Assembly: GCF_030144855.1 (NCBI RefSeq)
Contig: NC_082722.1
Coordinates: 27,094,001 to 27,158,000, forward strand
Origin: Hypanus sabinus
Taxonomy: Eukaryota
Length of the DNA: 64,000 nucleotides
Direction: 5' to 3'
In this document: piece by piece, positions 24,452 through 35,835 of the stretch
Numbering within the stretch: position 1 is the first letter of the stretch
How the letters are laid out: every line of letters begins with the position of its first letter
Notes under the pieces: model-generated
Told to the model about the DNA's origin: nothing
Seen by the model: only the letters and a program-made list of their open reading frames with translations
The model's database searches: none
Position numbers and translations under genes: made by a program

Positions 24452-25702
24452 CTTGAAAAAGAAACCAGGAAGCATTTACACGTCTAAAAACAAATCCACA
24501 CATGGGAAGCAACAATGCAAACTATTATAGAAGGTCCTTTCAAATCTCACTACACACTGATAGGAAAATGGCAGAATACAGAATATAGAACAAAGAGATC
24601 TGTTTTTTAATTTCTCCAGACACATACGAGCTATTTAATATGACTAAGAATAGGCTTGGCTGCTTTTTCCTATACTTCTCTTGACAATAGATATCAGTAC
24701 AACAATTGAACGTGTAATCATCTAACCCAATACAATTTTGATGTCGATTCAATCGTTTAATTCACGTCTGTCAAGGACATTCTTTAGTACAATCAAAACC
24801 ATATAGATAACTTGCAGACACGCCAAAGGAGTCCCGGTGCCTCAAAATTTCGCTTCTGAATTACAAGCTGAAATTACTCGCTAACTTTATGAATTTATAA
24901 CACTGTACCATCTAAGCCTCCTGAATGTGTATTGAGCATAAGAAACGTATTTCCCTCTTATGTTTTCCACAGCTTTACGAGTGACACACCCGAATTAATG
25001 GAAAACTGCATAATGAAAACATAGATAAACACGTCATCCAGTTGAACTGTGTTGCCCACTATTATTGGAAAGTAATTCAGTCTGACTAAATTATGTCAAA
25101 GTCTGTTCGCATTTTCGCACCCAATGCATTCGTTCCAGGTGACAATTAAGTGTCATGCCACAGTGTTCATGAATTCCGACCTTGATTCTGATTTTTCCCC
25201 ATGTCCACATTTTTCCTGTAAAACTATGTTGCATTAATACACCTTCACTCACAACCTGATGTTTGTTATATCACTATGCGATTCAGAGCTTAAGTTTTGC
25301 TTTGTCTAATGTTTGACAAATGTCCGGAAGTTTGTTACCGTCGACGTACTGCACAAATTCATTTTTTTAATTCAACCTACACGATTCAAACTGAGGGTAT
25401 AAGACATTTATTTTGAAACACCATTAATTGTGAATTTTCACTGCAATCAGGTAATCTAAAAAAATCGCCCTTCTTCCCTGTTTGGCTAGCTGATCTGTGA
25501 TTGTTCTTAAGCAGATTTGATCGGCACTCCTATATCATTGGGAAATGATTCCATCTTTCGGAGCGCTGGAAATTCTGAACCTGTGGTATATTCAGAGTAA
25601 CACACAAAATGCTAAAGGTACGCAGCAGATCAAGAGAGGAATAAAATAACAACATTTTTGCCCGATACCTTACATCTGGACGCAATCAAGACACCATCTT
25701 AC

Positions 25703-25996
25703 CTTGCTTCAGGATGTAGCTGAAACTGACAGGTACCGTCAGGGAGACATGCGACACCAGGCAGGTGTAAACATCTGTTCCCGAAGCAGACTGATTGATT
25801 TCCAATGAACTGTAAGCCTTGTGTAAACCCTCCGCTGTCTGTTTTATCACTGTATCTATTCCAGTGCGAATTTGCAGGTTATTTTTTTGCCAGACGATTT
25901 CTAATTCTTTCGGGTAGAAGGCAGCTGTTTTGCATAGGAGCTGCTGTGGAGACGAAAACTCTCCAATAGGAACGATTTCCAATGGAGTTGGGGGAA
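25703..25996 (-). CDS. VJ-C1 IgSF receptor gene, exon 3 (Ig C1-set domain)
   Basis: Acceptor ttttattcaag|, donor CAAG|GTAAGA, 294 bp, phase 1-1. C1 signatures CKTAAFYPKELEIVW and YTCLVSHVSL. Confidence 0.93.
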
Positions 25997-27929
25997 CTTG
26001 AATAAAAAGATATTTATACTGGGTGTTTACCATTTATTTAGTTAAAGTAAATTCCTTTACCTCCCGCCAATTACAATGACATCTCACTATCAAGTTAGTT
26101 ACTCGCCATAGACTACCAGTATTTTATAAATTATTTTAAGTTTAAGTTCAAGTTCATTGTTATTAAACCAGACAGATGTACATGGATAAGTGAAACATCC
26201 TTTTTCTGGTGTCAACTGCAAAATACAGACCGTGTATTCACATACAGCACGTGCAGTCACCACAAGCACATGCAGTGCAAAATAAACAAAGTGAAATCGA
26301 GTCACAGTGCAGAAACAAATGAAAGGATGAATTCGAAGAAGACACGGAAAAGGTGAATCAAAAGGGTTCAATGTGAGGAAGACATCCTGTTTTGAATAGT
26401 CTTTCAGCTTTATAACCCACGACGGTGTTTGCGACAGCACTTTGGCTTTGGAAAATGTTCCTTTTTATATGCTTTTTTTTCCCATTTCCAATCAAAACTG
26501 AACTATAAAACCCAAAATATGACAGATTTCCACAGTCGGAAAGCAATAAACTCTTATCCATATCTTTACATTCACTGATAGAGCTTCCCTCGGAATACAG
26601 GTCATTGCTGGAAAACTTTTCCGTATTTAATGTGTTGAATGTGGCAAATCGTACCCTTCGTGAAACATCTAGAAACACAAATGCGAAGCTGATGTTAAGC
26701 GCAATTATTCTACGTTTTAATTATTTAATAAACCTGAATGCCTGCAGCAAAACGGTTCGACAGTGATCTGGCACTGCTATACGACCACTCGTACCCTGCA
26801 GAGAGGCAACCCAGGAGCTGAACGAAGTCCGCCTCTCCCTGCAGCGATTTCAGTCCAAGTTGAACACAAAATTCACGATTTTGCAAAGATGGACTGTCTC
26901 CGCTACAACTATGGCCCGTATCTAACTTAGGAAACTCTATTGACAGATTCTTTTATCAATGTGTCAGAAGATTTAGCATTTCACTCTGCCTACAATGGCC
27001 ATCCTGAGCTCACGGTTGCCCGCACAGCACTGCCATGGACCATATACGGATTACAGATGTTTACTTGCTTGTTGCTGTAAGGCAAATTGATTTATATAAA
27101 TCCCCAGGGCCCGGGATGGAGTTCCATGCCACCCTTTTGGGAGGCTTGTGCAGAATTTTAAGGTGTCCTGATGGAGGCATTCAAAATGTCCTGACCCACT
27201 GGTGAGGTGCCGGAGGACCGGATAAGACTAATGTTTTATAGTTGTTCAAGAAAGGCTCTAAGAATAGTCCAGAATCGTTTAGGGTGGTAGGTCTGACGCT
27301 TGTAAAGGTTAATTTATTGGAAATAAACATGACAAAACAGACGTGCTGGTGACAGAAGGGGAACTCACGTCTGTTTGGAATGAACGTTGCAGGCTTCGCG
27401 CCTTGTAGGTGTGACTTTATTTCTTCTCCAAACTGGCCATTTTTGTCCCTACCTCTGCCCTTGTTGGTCAATTTTGGATTAACGCAAAATGAGGCAGTGA
27501 ATCTGCATATCTATGCTCGTTTCAATGTGATCGGCATTGTGGAGCAGCACGCGGATAAAGCTGTGTATGTCTCTGTGCAGGTTTTAAGCAAACGTCCCGT
27601 ATTTGACATTAATGAAGTGGCTTTGTTTGCCTTTGCCGATGTTTATAAATTACTTATAAATATTTTTTTTTGCTGTGCACTTCACCAACTACAGAACCGA
27701 AATCGGCGAGATACGTCGAGATGTGGTAGTATAAAAGAAGGCTGAGGAACGGGCGGGTATCATTTAACCTCGACAACTTTTCGCTTCAAGTTAAATGGCT
27801 TGTGATTTGCTCTTCAACCGAATTTGTCTACAGTCCCCTTTCTGTCATTATCCAACCCGAATCAAATTCTTCGTCTAAAAATTAGGTGGTTCCGTCCATC
27901 CGCTTTTATAAGCTTTTGATTGTTTTAAG

Positions 27930-29350
27930 TTGTTGGACAGCAAAGGTCACGCCAGTGACCTTTTAAAAAGGTTGTAGGAAAAAGACTGGCATATATAGGC
28001 CATTTAGCTCTACATGTGTAGTCCCAAAAATGCTTGAAGCTGTCACTAAAGGAGAAATAGCGAAACATTTAAAAATGAATGGTTCCATTAGATAGGCGCG
28101 GCATGGATTTAGAAAGCGCAGGTGCTATTTGAGAAACTTACTGGAGTTCCTTGAGGACATAATGAATGCAGTGGATGGAGGGGAACAAGTGGGTGCCGTA
28201 TGCTTGGATTTCCAGAAGGCGTTCAATAAGGTGCCTCATAAGAGAATTATAAATTAGATATAAATGCATGAAATCGGAAGAGGTACATAGGCATGGATAG
28301 TGGAATGATTATCCAACAAAAGGCAGAGTATTGGTAAAAATGGGCGTTTCCCCGTTTGGCTGCTGGTGGTGAGTGGGGTGCCGCAGGGGTCGGTGCGGGG
28401 CCCACAGTTGTTTACCATTGCCATTGATTTGGAAGAGGGAAGTAAGCGTAGCGTAGCAATTTTGCTGTTGACAGTAAACTGAATGGAAAATAAAACAGTA
28501 TGCAGGATGTGGACGGTCTGCAGAGGGATATCGATAAAGTGAGTGGGACAAAGTCTGGCAGATGGAATATAATGTTGGTAAAAGACAGATCATCCATTTT
28601 CTAAGGAATAATTGAAGAGCAGAATATTAGTTAAATGGTGAAGTATTGCAGCATGATGTTGTGCAGAGGGACTTGGGAGTGCTTGTACTTGGCTTGCAGG
28701 TGCAAAAGGTTATTAACAGGCGAATAGAACCTTGGCTTTCATTGTTGGAGGGATTGAGTTCAAGAGCTGGGAGGTCATACTGCAACCGTACAGGGTTCTG
28801 GTGACTGCACCTGTGTGCATTTCTGGTCACCGTACTTCAGGAAGGAAATATTATCTTTGGATGCAGTGCAGAGCAGGTTCACAAGGTTGATTCCAGTGAT
28901 GATGAGGAGAGATTGAGTCGTCTGGAACTATACTCTCTGGAATTCAGCAGAATGAGAGGAGATCTTAAACAAACATACAGCATTTTGAAAGGGATAGATA
29001 CGATAGAAATAGGAAAGTTGTTTTCATTGGTAGGTGGGACTAGATCTAGGGGAGATTGCCTCAAGGTTCAGGAGAGAAGATTTAGGACGGAGATGAGGAC
29101 AAACTGTTTTTCACAGAGAGTGGTGGATCTATGGAATTCTCTGCCCAGGGAAGCTGTTGAGGCTTCTTCATGAAATATATTTAAGACACAATTAGATAGA
29201 TTTTCACATAGTAGGGGAATTAACGGTTATTGGGAAAAGGCAGTTAGATGGAGCTGAGTTTATGGACAGAACAACCATGATGTTACTGAATGGCTGGTCA
29301 GGCCCAATGAGCCGGATGGCTTACTCCTGCTGTTATTTCTTATGTTCTTA
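27930..29350 (+). mobile_element. CR1 3' half (RT to tail) in the V-C1 intron
   Basis: YLDFQKAF-like, SGVPQGSV, RLELYSLEFSRMRGDLKQTY motifs; tail ctcctgctgttatttcttatgttcttatg. Confidence 0.85.
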
Positions 29351-29665
29351 TGGGCTGCCTAAGGAATACGTCAAGGCAGGAAGAGGGTGAGGCGTTGTGT
29401 AGGATTATAGGCATAACAAATATATGGTTGGAAATATCAACGGAACAAATAATAAGTGGAGCAAAAGCCAATCTGCAGAATCACATCGAAATAATAAACA
29501 TAATAACCTGAAAAATATTTCGAAATGATATTTTCCTGTTTGAAGAAAAGCTGGAAAGCAAATTAAAGCCACAAGTTTCAAACAGCAATAACAATTCTGC
29601 AATCTTGGCTTTTTTCAAATGCAAAGAGCTGAAAGTTTTCCACTTGCAAGAATTAAAACACTTAC

Positions 29666-29971
29666 TTAGCACAATAAGCTGAGAGCCACTTCCATTTCTG
29701 AATATTTGTTGTTCAGTTTTCACTTGACAGTAATACACGCCGACGTCTGCGAGTGTCATATTCAGGAGGGTAAATGTGCCACTGTCTTTCTTTACATTGA
29801 ACTGATTTCTGCTATTTGGTTTTATAAATGCTTTCTGACCCTCCTTCCACCACGAAACTTCAGCAGTATCTAATAGTATTGGAAATTTGCAGCGCATGGA
29901 TGCATTTCCACCGATTGAGACTTTTAAGTTTGGAGGTAATTGTTCCAATTTAGCCGAAGATCCTTTTGAAG
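29666..29971 (-). CDS. VJ-C1 IgSF receptor gene, exon 2 (Ig V domain with joined J-like segment)
   Basis: Acceptor tttttcag|, donor CTAA|GTAAGT, 306 bp, phase 1-1. Protein has MRCKF (B-strand Cys), VSWWKE (Trp), DVGVYYC (DxGxYxC) and a J-like NGSGSQLIVL. Confidence 0.93.
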
Positions 29972-30157
29972 CTGAAAAAGCACAAGTGAAAATGATGAAG
30001 AAATTTGCATTCACTGGACAACGAAACAACATACAAAGTACGCAGAACACCGGTATGAGAATTGAATGTTTACTATGGCGAAATTTGCTGCGGGTAAATG
30101 ATGTATAATATTAGAAAATGTCTGTTTCTCAGATTGGGCACAAAAATTTAAGCATAC

Positions 30158-30212
30158 CTGGCCAAAACGCCGCGAGCTGAGCCACGAAACAAACGGTTAC
30201 ACCCAGCGACAT
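30158..30212 (-). CDS. VJ-C1 IgSF receptor gene, exon 1 (signal peptide MSLGVTVCFVAQLAAFWP)
   Basis: ATG at 30212, 18 codons plus 1 nt, hydrophobic leader, phase-1 donor CAG|GTATGC; joins in frame to the V exon across a 186-bp intron. Confidence 0.88.
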
Positions 30213-30309
30213 TGCGAATGAGAATGGTCTGTCTGAAAAATAGAAATTCATAGGCTGTAATAATCAAGTGCACATTACATCTGAAGTCAATGGTCAAGGC
30301 TACGTCGAT

Positions 30310-30780
30310 GCCTTGGGTAGAAGAAATGCTGTAGATACAGGAAATCCCGTGGAATACTCAGAAAGAGAGAGCGGAGCTCAACACGAATGATGAAAAACAA
30401 GCAGTTGATGTTCCGGGGTTAGATACTTCTTCAGGACTGGAAAGGAAGGGGGAAGAAGTCACAATAAGGAGATAAGGGAGGGACAGGCGTATAAATTGGC
30501 AGGTGATTAGTGGGGGGAAGGGGGACTTAAAGAGATGGGACTTGATAGGTGCATTTATATTCCATCTCGATAGCCTCCAACCTGCTGATATGAACATAGA
30601 ATTCTGTAACTTTCAGTAAGTTCTCCGGTACACCTTTCATCGTTTTCTATTTCCCATTCTGGATCCCATTTTATCCCTTCTCTTCTCCTCACCTCTCTTA
30701 TCTGTTGCTCCTCGTTCACTTTCTCCAATGGCCCAATGCCCTCTTCAGTCCAATTCCTTCTCATTCAGTTCTTTTCTACT
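30310..30780. mobile_element. Penelope-like insertion with inverted arms (paralog at 58390-58865)
   Basis: Minus-strand 3' UTR (30310-30550) abuts a plus-strand GIY-YIG end (ccatctcgatagcctccaacctgctgatatgaacatagaattc). Confidence 0.65.
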
Positions 30781-32169
30781 TGAAGTTAATAACACATCGG
30801 GTTGATTAGTAAGTTCCAGGTCGAAGATAAAAGGAGATGAGTTATTAACTTCAACCTTTCAGCATAATCCCTCAAACAGTCGACGTGCATGTACATGTAA
30901 CGAGAGATATATAATTCACCTCCTCCTACCTTTGGACACGAACTTATTAATCACACATCTGTGGACACCTTCTGGATGCCCAAGATCCGTAGGCTCCACG
31001 ACCGCTGAACTAGGTGTTCAAATTTAGGAGGGGACTATGTTGGAAAATAATGGTGCTCGGTTTTCTAAAATTGACTCTGCCTACCTGAAGCCACGAACTT
31101 ATCAATCACTCCTCAGACAGCACAGGAAAATATCTTTCGACCAATGATGTCTGCATTGATCATAATGCAAATTTAATTCTATCTGATCGGATATGATCTA
31201 CGCTGCTCTTTTTTTGCCTGTTCGTGGGAATGTTTGAATGACTTTTAACCTTTGTGATCAAATCAACACTGTCTTGTAGTGATGTCAAGTCGCCGACGAT
31301 TCTCTGCATAATGTAACTGCTTCGCATCCTCATTTAAATTTTCCTCACTTATTTCAAGGCATTGCACTCTGCTAACTGCGGCTAAAATGCATGAGTAGTA
31401 TCGGTAAAGTGAACGGCAAGGCCAACAGGGTTAGAGAATCCCGGTTCACGAGGACAGCGAGGTGTATTTTACAGAAAGGAGACCTGCATCATTTATAGGG
31501 AACGGGGTCAAGCAATTCCCAACAGAAATATAAGATGTACTTCAGTAGACCTGACAGGAATTATGAGAGCACAAAGATGGCATGATACAACTTCTGAATA
31601 GAAATCAAAGGAAATGAGGATATAGCGACGGAGAAATCGCGATAACAGAGCTGTAAGTTATTAATTCCTATCACTGTGGTGAAAATCATGGAAACTAAGG
31701 GATTAAAGAGAATTAACGTTATTAACGTTAAGACACACATGAGAAAAATGGAGGGTTCGCGGGAGAGAGGTGTTCACGGTTTAAGAACTCAGACCGTTTC
31801 ATGAACTTACGGCACCTGATCAAATGTATCTTTTGACATTGTGAGAAGCCAGAGGAGAAATTGTAAAGTCTGTTGCAAAGATATCAGCATCGTCTTTAAC
31901 GGAAATTGTGTTCCAGTAGCACTGCAGAGTGGCAAATGTGCATTTACTTAAGAAGATCTGCAAGGGAAAGAGGAGAGATGAAGGTGGTGAGCCCAGCATT
32001 AGTGCATGGAAACATACAAGAGTTGATCGGAGGGAGAGAATCTATCACAATTTGAAATGGGAAAGGTTGAAAACGTGCCAGTCAGCATGGGTTTGTCATT
32101 TGGGATCACAAATTTGATTGAGTTGCTTTGATGAAGTGATGAAGAAAATTGCGGAATGCAGCAATTGGA

Positions 32170-32612
32170 CTATACTGGAACTATACTGTACTATATTGTA
32201 CACACTGGAATTGAGGAGATTGAGAGGGGATCTGATTGAAACGTTTAAGATAATTAAAGGATTTTATAGGATTGAGGCAGGAAATATGTTCCAGATGTTG
32301 GGAGAGTCCAGTACCAGAGGGCATGGATTGAGAATAAGAGGTAGTTATTTAAAACAGAGTTGAGGAAGAACTTCTTCTCCCAGAGTGTTGTGGAGGTGTG
32401 GAATGCACTGCCTCGGAAGATGGTGGAGGCCAATTCTCTGGATGCTTTCAAGAAGGAGCTAGATAAATATCTGATGGACAGGGGAATCAGGGGATATGGG
32501 AACAAGGCCGGGACTGGGTATTGATAGTGAATGATCAGCCATGATCTCAGAATGGCGGTGCAGACTCGAGGGGCCGAATGGTCTACTTCTACACCTATTG
32601 TCTATAGTCTAT
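32170..32612 (+). mobile_element. Young CR1 3' fragment, specific to block A
   Basis: LELRRLRGDLIETFKIIKG; tail cctattgtctatagtctat; absent at the paralogous site near 59445. Confidence 0.85.
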
Positions 32613-34914
32613 AACTTCATTCACTTTTGCAAGGTCCCGTTTGGCAGGCTTGCACAGACAACTCGATGACATGGGAACCAGTGTGAGCACATGAATTTAA
32701 AATTGGTTTAGTAGAGGGTGTCAAAAGTTGATAGTGGGAATTTCATATTAAGAATGAACGCCTGCAGCTGGTGGTGTACTGAACAGGTACGCTCCATTTC
32801 CAGTACTGTTTGTCATCGATGAAATATTCTGATTATCTTCGTTAATATATTTCGGAATGCAACGAAATTGATGGTATATTAGACAGTGAAAGATATCTAC
32901 GGCGATAAACTGCGATAGTAGGACAAGCAATTGCAGATAGAATATTACTGGAACATTTGCCAAGTGTTGTATTTTGGTTTGTTAACCCGGGACAGGAATT
33001 GCACAGGAGATTGCCCACGGCATTGAACTAAAACAAAGTGACAGATTGTACATGTACATTGATCGTTGAACGTGACAATTGAGGTGGGCAGACTGGTGAA
33101 TAAGATTTTTCTCACATTTATTCACAACTGTAGCATCTGCGTCTTCATGTCCAGCTGTGCAGGTCGCCGGTGAAGCATTCTCAGAGTATTCTGTGCATTT
33201 CGGATCAGCAGGCTACAGAAAAGGCTCGACGAAGCTTGAAATAGTCCAGAAAATTCCAGAGAAGATTCACAAATACCTTTGTGGGACAGCATGTTTTTAG
33301 CTGTAGGGAACGTCTGGGGTTACTCTTCCCTAGGTCTCAGGGGGTTGAGTGGTGACCTTATATATTTAGCGGCGCAAGTAGAGGTATGGTTACAATCTTT
33401 TACCCAAAATAGGTGCATCGATTCAAGATGAGGGAGAGAACACTAAAATGGATCTAAGGCAAGTTTTCCGAAGCAAGCGAGCTTGGTAAGTGAAAGAGAA
33501 TATGGGATGAATCTATAGAAGTGTGTACGATTGCAATGTGTTAGAAACATTTGGATTGGTACGCAGATAGGAAAAGTTTACTGTGGTAAATTACAAACGC
33601 AAGAAAACGGGTCTAGCTGGGATAGGTTTTTCGATCTACATGGGCGAAATGGGCCGAAGTCCTGGTGCAATGACATATGAAGCCATGGATCCTTCTACAT
33701 GGTGGTTGCGTGTGTTCCTTGGAATGCCGAGGATAGTAGGGTGTTGTGAAAATGCTACAGGGTTATTGTGTGATTTACGTATTTAGTGCTTGATAGTAGG
33801 CATGGATGTAGTCGCGCGTATGTGTTCTGTGCATGTATAACTTATTCCCGTAAGCCAGAAAAGTATTCTCCAATTGTGGCCTCATTTTAAGGTCAAGCGA
33901 AGAAACAAGGACTGGAACCAATTGTCCCACTCATATGAAATTAATTTATAGGAAAAAATATACCTACCTGCCTTTTGGTGCTGAGAGTAATATTCTCCTC
34001 AAGGTTAATGGAAGGGAATCATGATAATCACAGTCGAGGGTAAAACAAAGTACAGATGTTTTAAGAGTTAAAAAGGCACCTCAGAAGTATTGGCCAGATT
34101 GTATGTAAATCATCAAATACCTGTTAATTGAAATTTATTCACTGCGAAAGCGGTGTTTAAACTGTTTGAAAGTACTGATAACTAAATAAATATTTCTTTA
34201 GAGTTTAAAGATATTCAAATCTTTAACTTTAGTTTTCGTCTTGTAAGCTTTGAGAAGTTTTGAAATTTACCAGAAAAAATCAGTTGGTTAAAACTTTTTC
34301 GGTTTGACAGACCCAGTTAACTCGAAGGATATTGGACTAATTTGCTCAAGAGATGTGTTGGACAATTCGAGAAACGCCATAAATTGTGCAATATCTACCT
34401 ATCAAGTTTCCCCAGCCATCAAGAGCGTTCTCGTAGTTAAAAAGTACTTAAATCATCTTGCAAAGATTGCAAATTCCATTGTACTTATACTGTAGCATGA
34501 AATGTTCTTGGTAGATTAGGGAGAATCAAAGAGTGGAATCAGAATCACCCCCTTAATTTGCAACCATTCATCGGGTGACCGATCAGAAATCTTAGATCCG
34601 TTTCGCTCTCCACTGACGCTCCATGTTTCCCCTATATTTGCGCATCGGTTTTTGCTGCTGTTGTCCAAAAGATAGTCTGCTGTCTAACCTGATATTCATC
34701 CTCATAGTCTGGCGTTACTTCAATCATGTCTTTGAAAACACACTAAGAAGATTGGGTCCAAGACCAAAGGGATTTCAGCATGCTGTATCCTCCTTCTTCA
34801 CGTCTCTCAGCGGCAGCAATTGAAGCAAATCTCCGTCACGTACAGCACGTTCCCATTTTCCGATAATGTCAAATATTTTCTCAAAGAACTGATAAAAGAA
34901 CATTCATATCAGTC

Positions 34915-35835
34915 ACGCAAGAGTATCTACAGATACTGAAATCCAGAGAAATACACACAAAATAAACTCAGCAGACCAGGCAGCATCTATGGAAATGAGT
35001 AGTCAACGTTTCGTTCCGAGTCCGTTCATTTGGACCGGAAAGTAGGGTGGAATATGCTAGAATAAAAAGACGATGAAATGTAGGACAATTCAGAAGGTGA
35101 TAGGTGAAGTCAGGTTTAGGGGGCATTGTGGGGAGGAAGGAAGTGGAGCGTGTACGTTTGGGCGGTGGGATGAAGTTAGAAGTTGGGAGCTAGGAGATTG
35201 AAAATGCAAAAAGACGGAGAATAAGGAATCTAATATGAGAGGGGATTAGCCAAAGGGAGAAAGGAAAGGAAGTGGGACAGAAGTGGCGGTTATAGGCAGC
35301 AGAGTAGAGAGGATAAGAGGACAGAGGTGAGGACAGAAGACAGATATGGGAGGGAAAATTAATTGAAGGAGAAGCCGATGTTCATGTCGTCAGGTTGGAG
35401 GCTACCTAGACTGAATCCGACCTGTTGCTCGCCAACCCTGAGAGTCGCCACATCAAGGCGTAAGAAGAGGACATGAATCGAAATGTCGGAACGTGAAAGC
35501 AGAAAATAAAAATAATTGGTCACTCACAAATTCCGCATTTTGGGATGGTCTGGAAGTGCTCTAAAAAGTAGTGCCCAGTTTATGTCGAGTCTCACCAGTG
35601 TAGAGGATGCCGCATCGGTGGCCCTGGCTAAAGTCGATGATGCTACCCGATTTGCAGGTGGTGTTTTGACCGCCAGTGGAGGTGATGAAGATATCATTTT
35701 CAGGTTGCCTTCTGTTCTCAGGCAATTTTGCCGACAATTTGGATTTGCATTTTTGTTTCGAAAAAGGCTGTTGATTTCCCCCATCTTGAAATCAATGTAC
35801 ATAGCTATGTCAGTGTTGAATCCATCTCGGTTGTG
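34915..35835 (-). mobile_element. Penelope-like 3' fragment (paralog at 61825-62765)
   Basis: GIY-YIG-end and 3' UTR sequence as at 8825-9490; present in both A and A'. Confidence 0.75.

Noticed and set aside
25159-26341. cacagtg heptamers at 25159 and 26303 as possible recombination signal sequences
   Set aside because: No acaaaaacc-like nonamer at 12- or 23-bp spacing, and they do not flank the V exon.
26358-26678. 106-aa minus-strand ORF in the V-C1 intron as an extra exon
   Set aside because: No Ig Cys/Trp pattern or other recognisable motif; V and C1 splice in frame without it.
23423-30212. Naming the gene NCR3 (NKp30), NCR3LG1 (B7H6) or an Ig light chain
   Set aside because: NKp30 has no C1 domain and has a TM Arg; B7H6 lacks a J-like motif; IgL has no TM exon. 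Orthology cannot be set without phylogeny.
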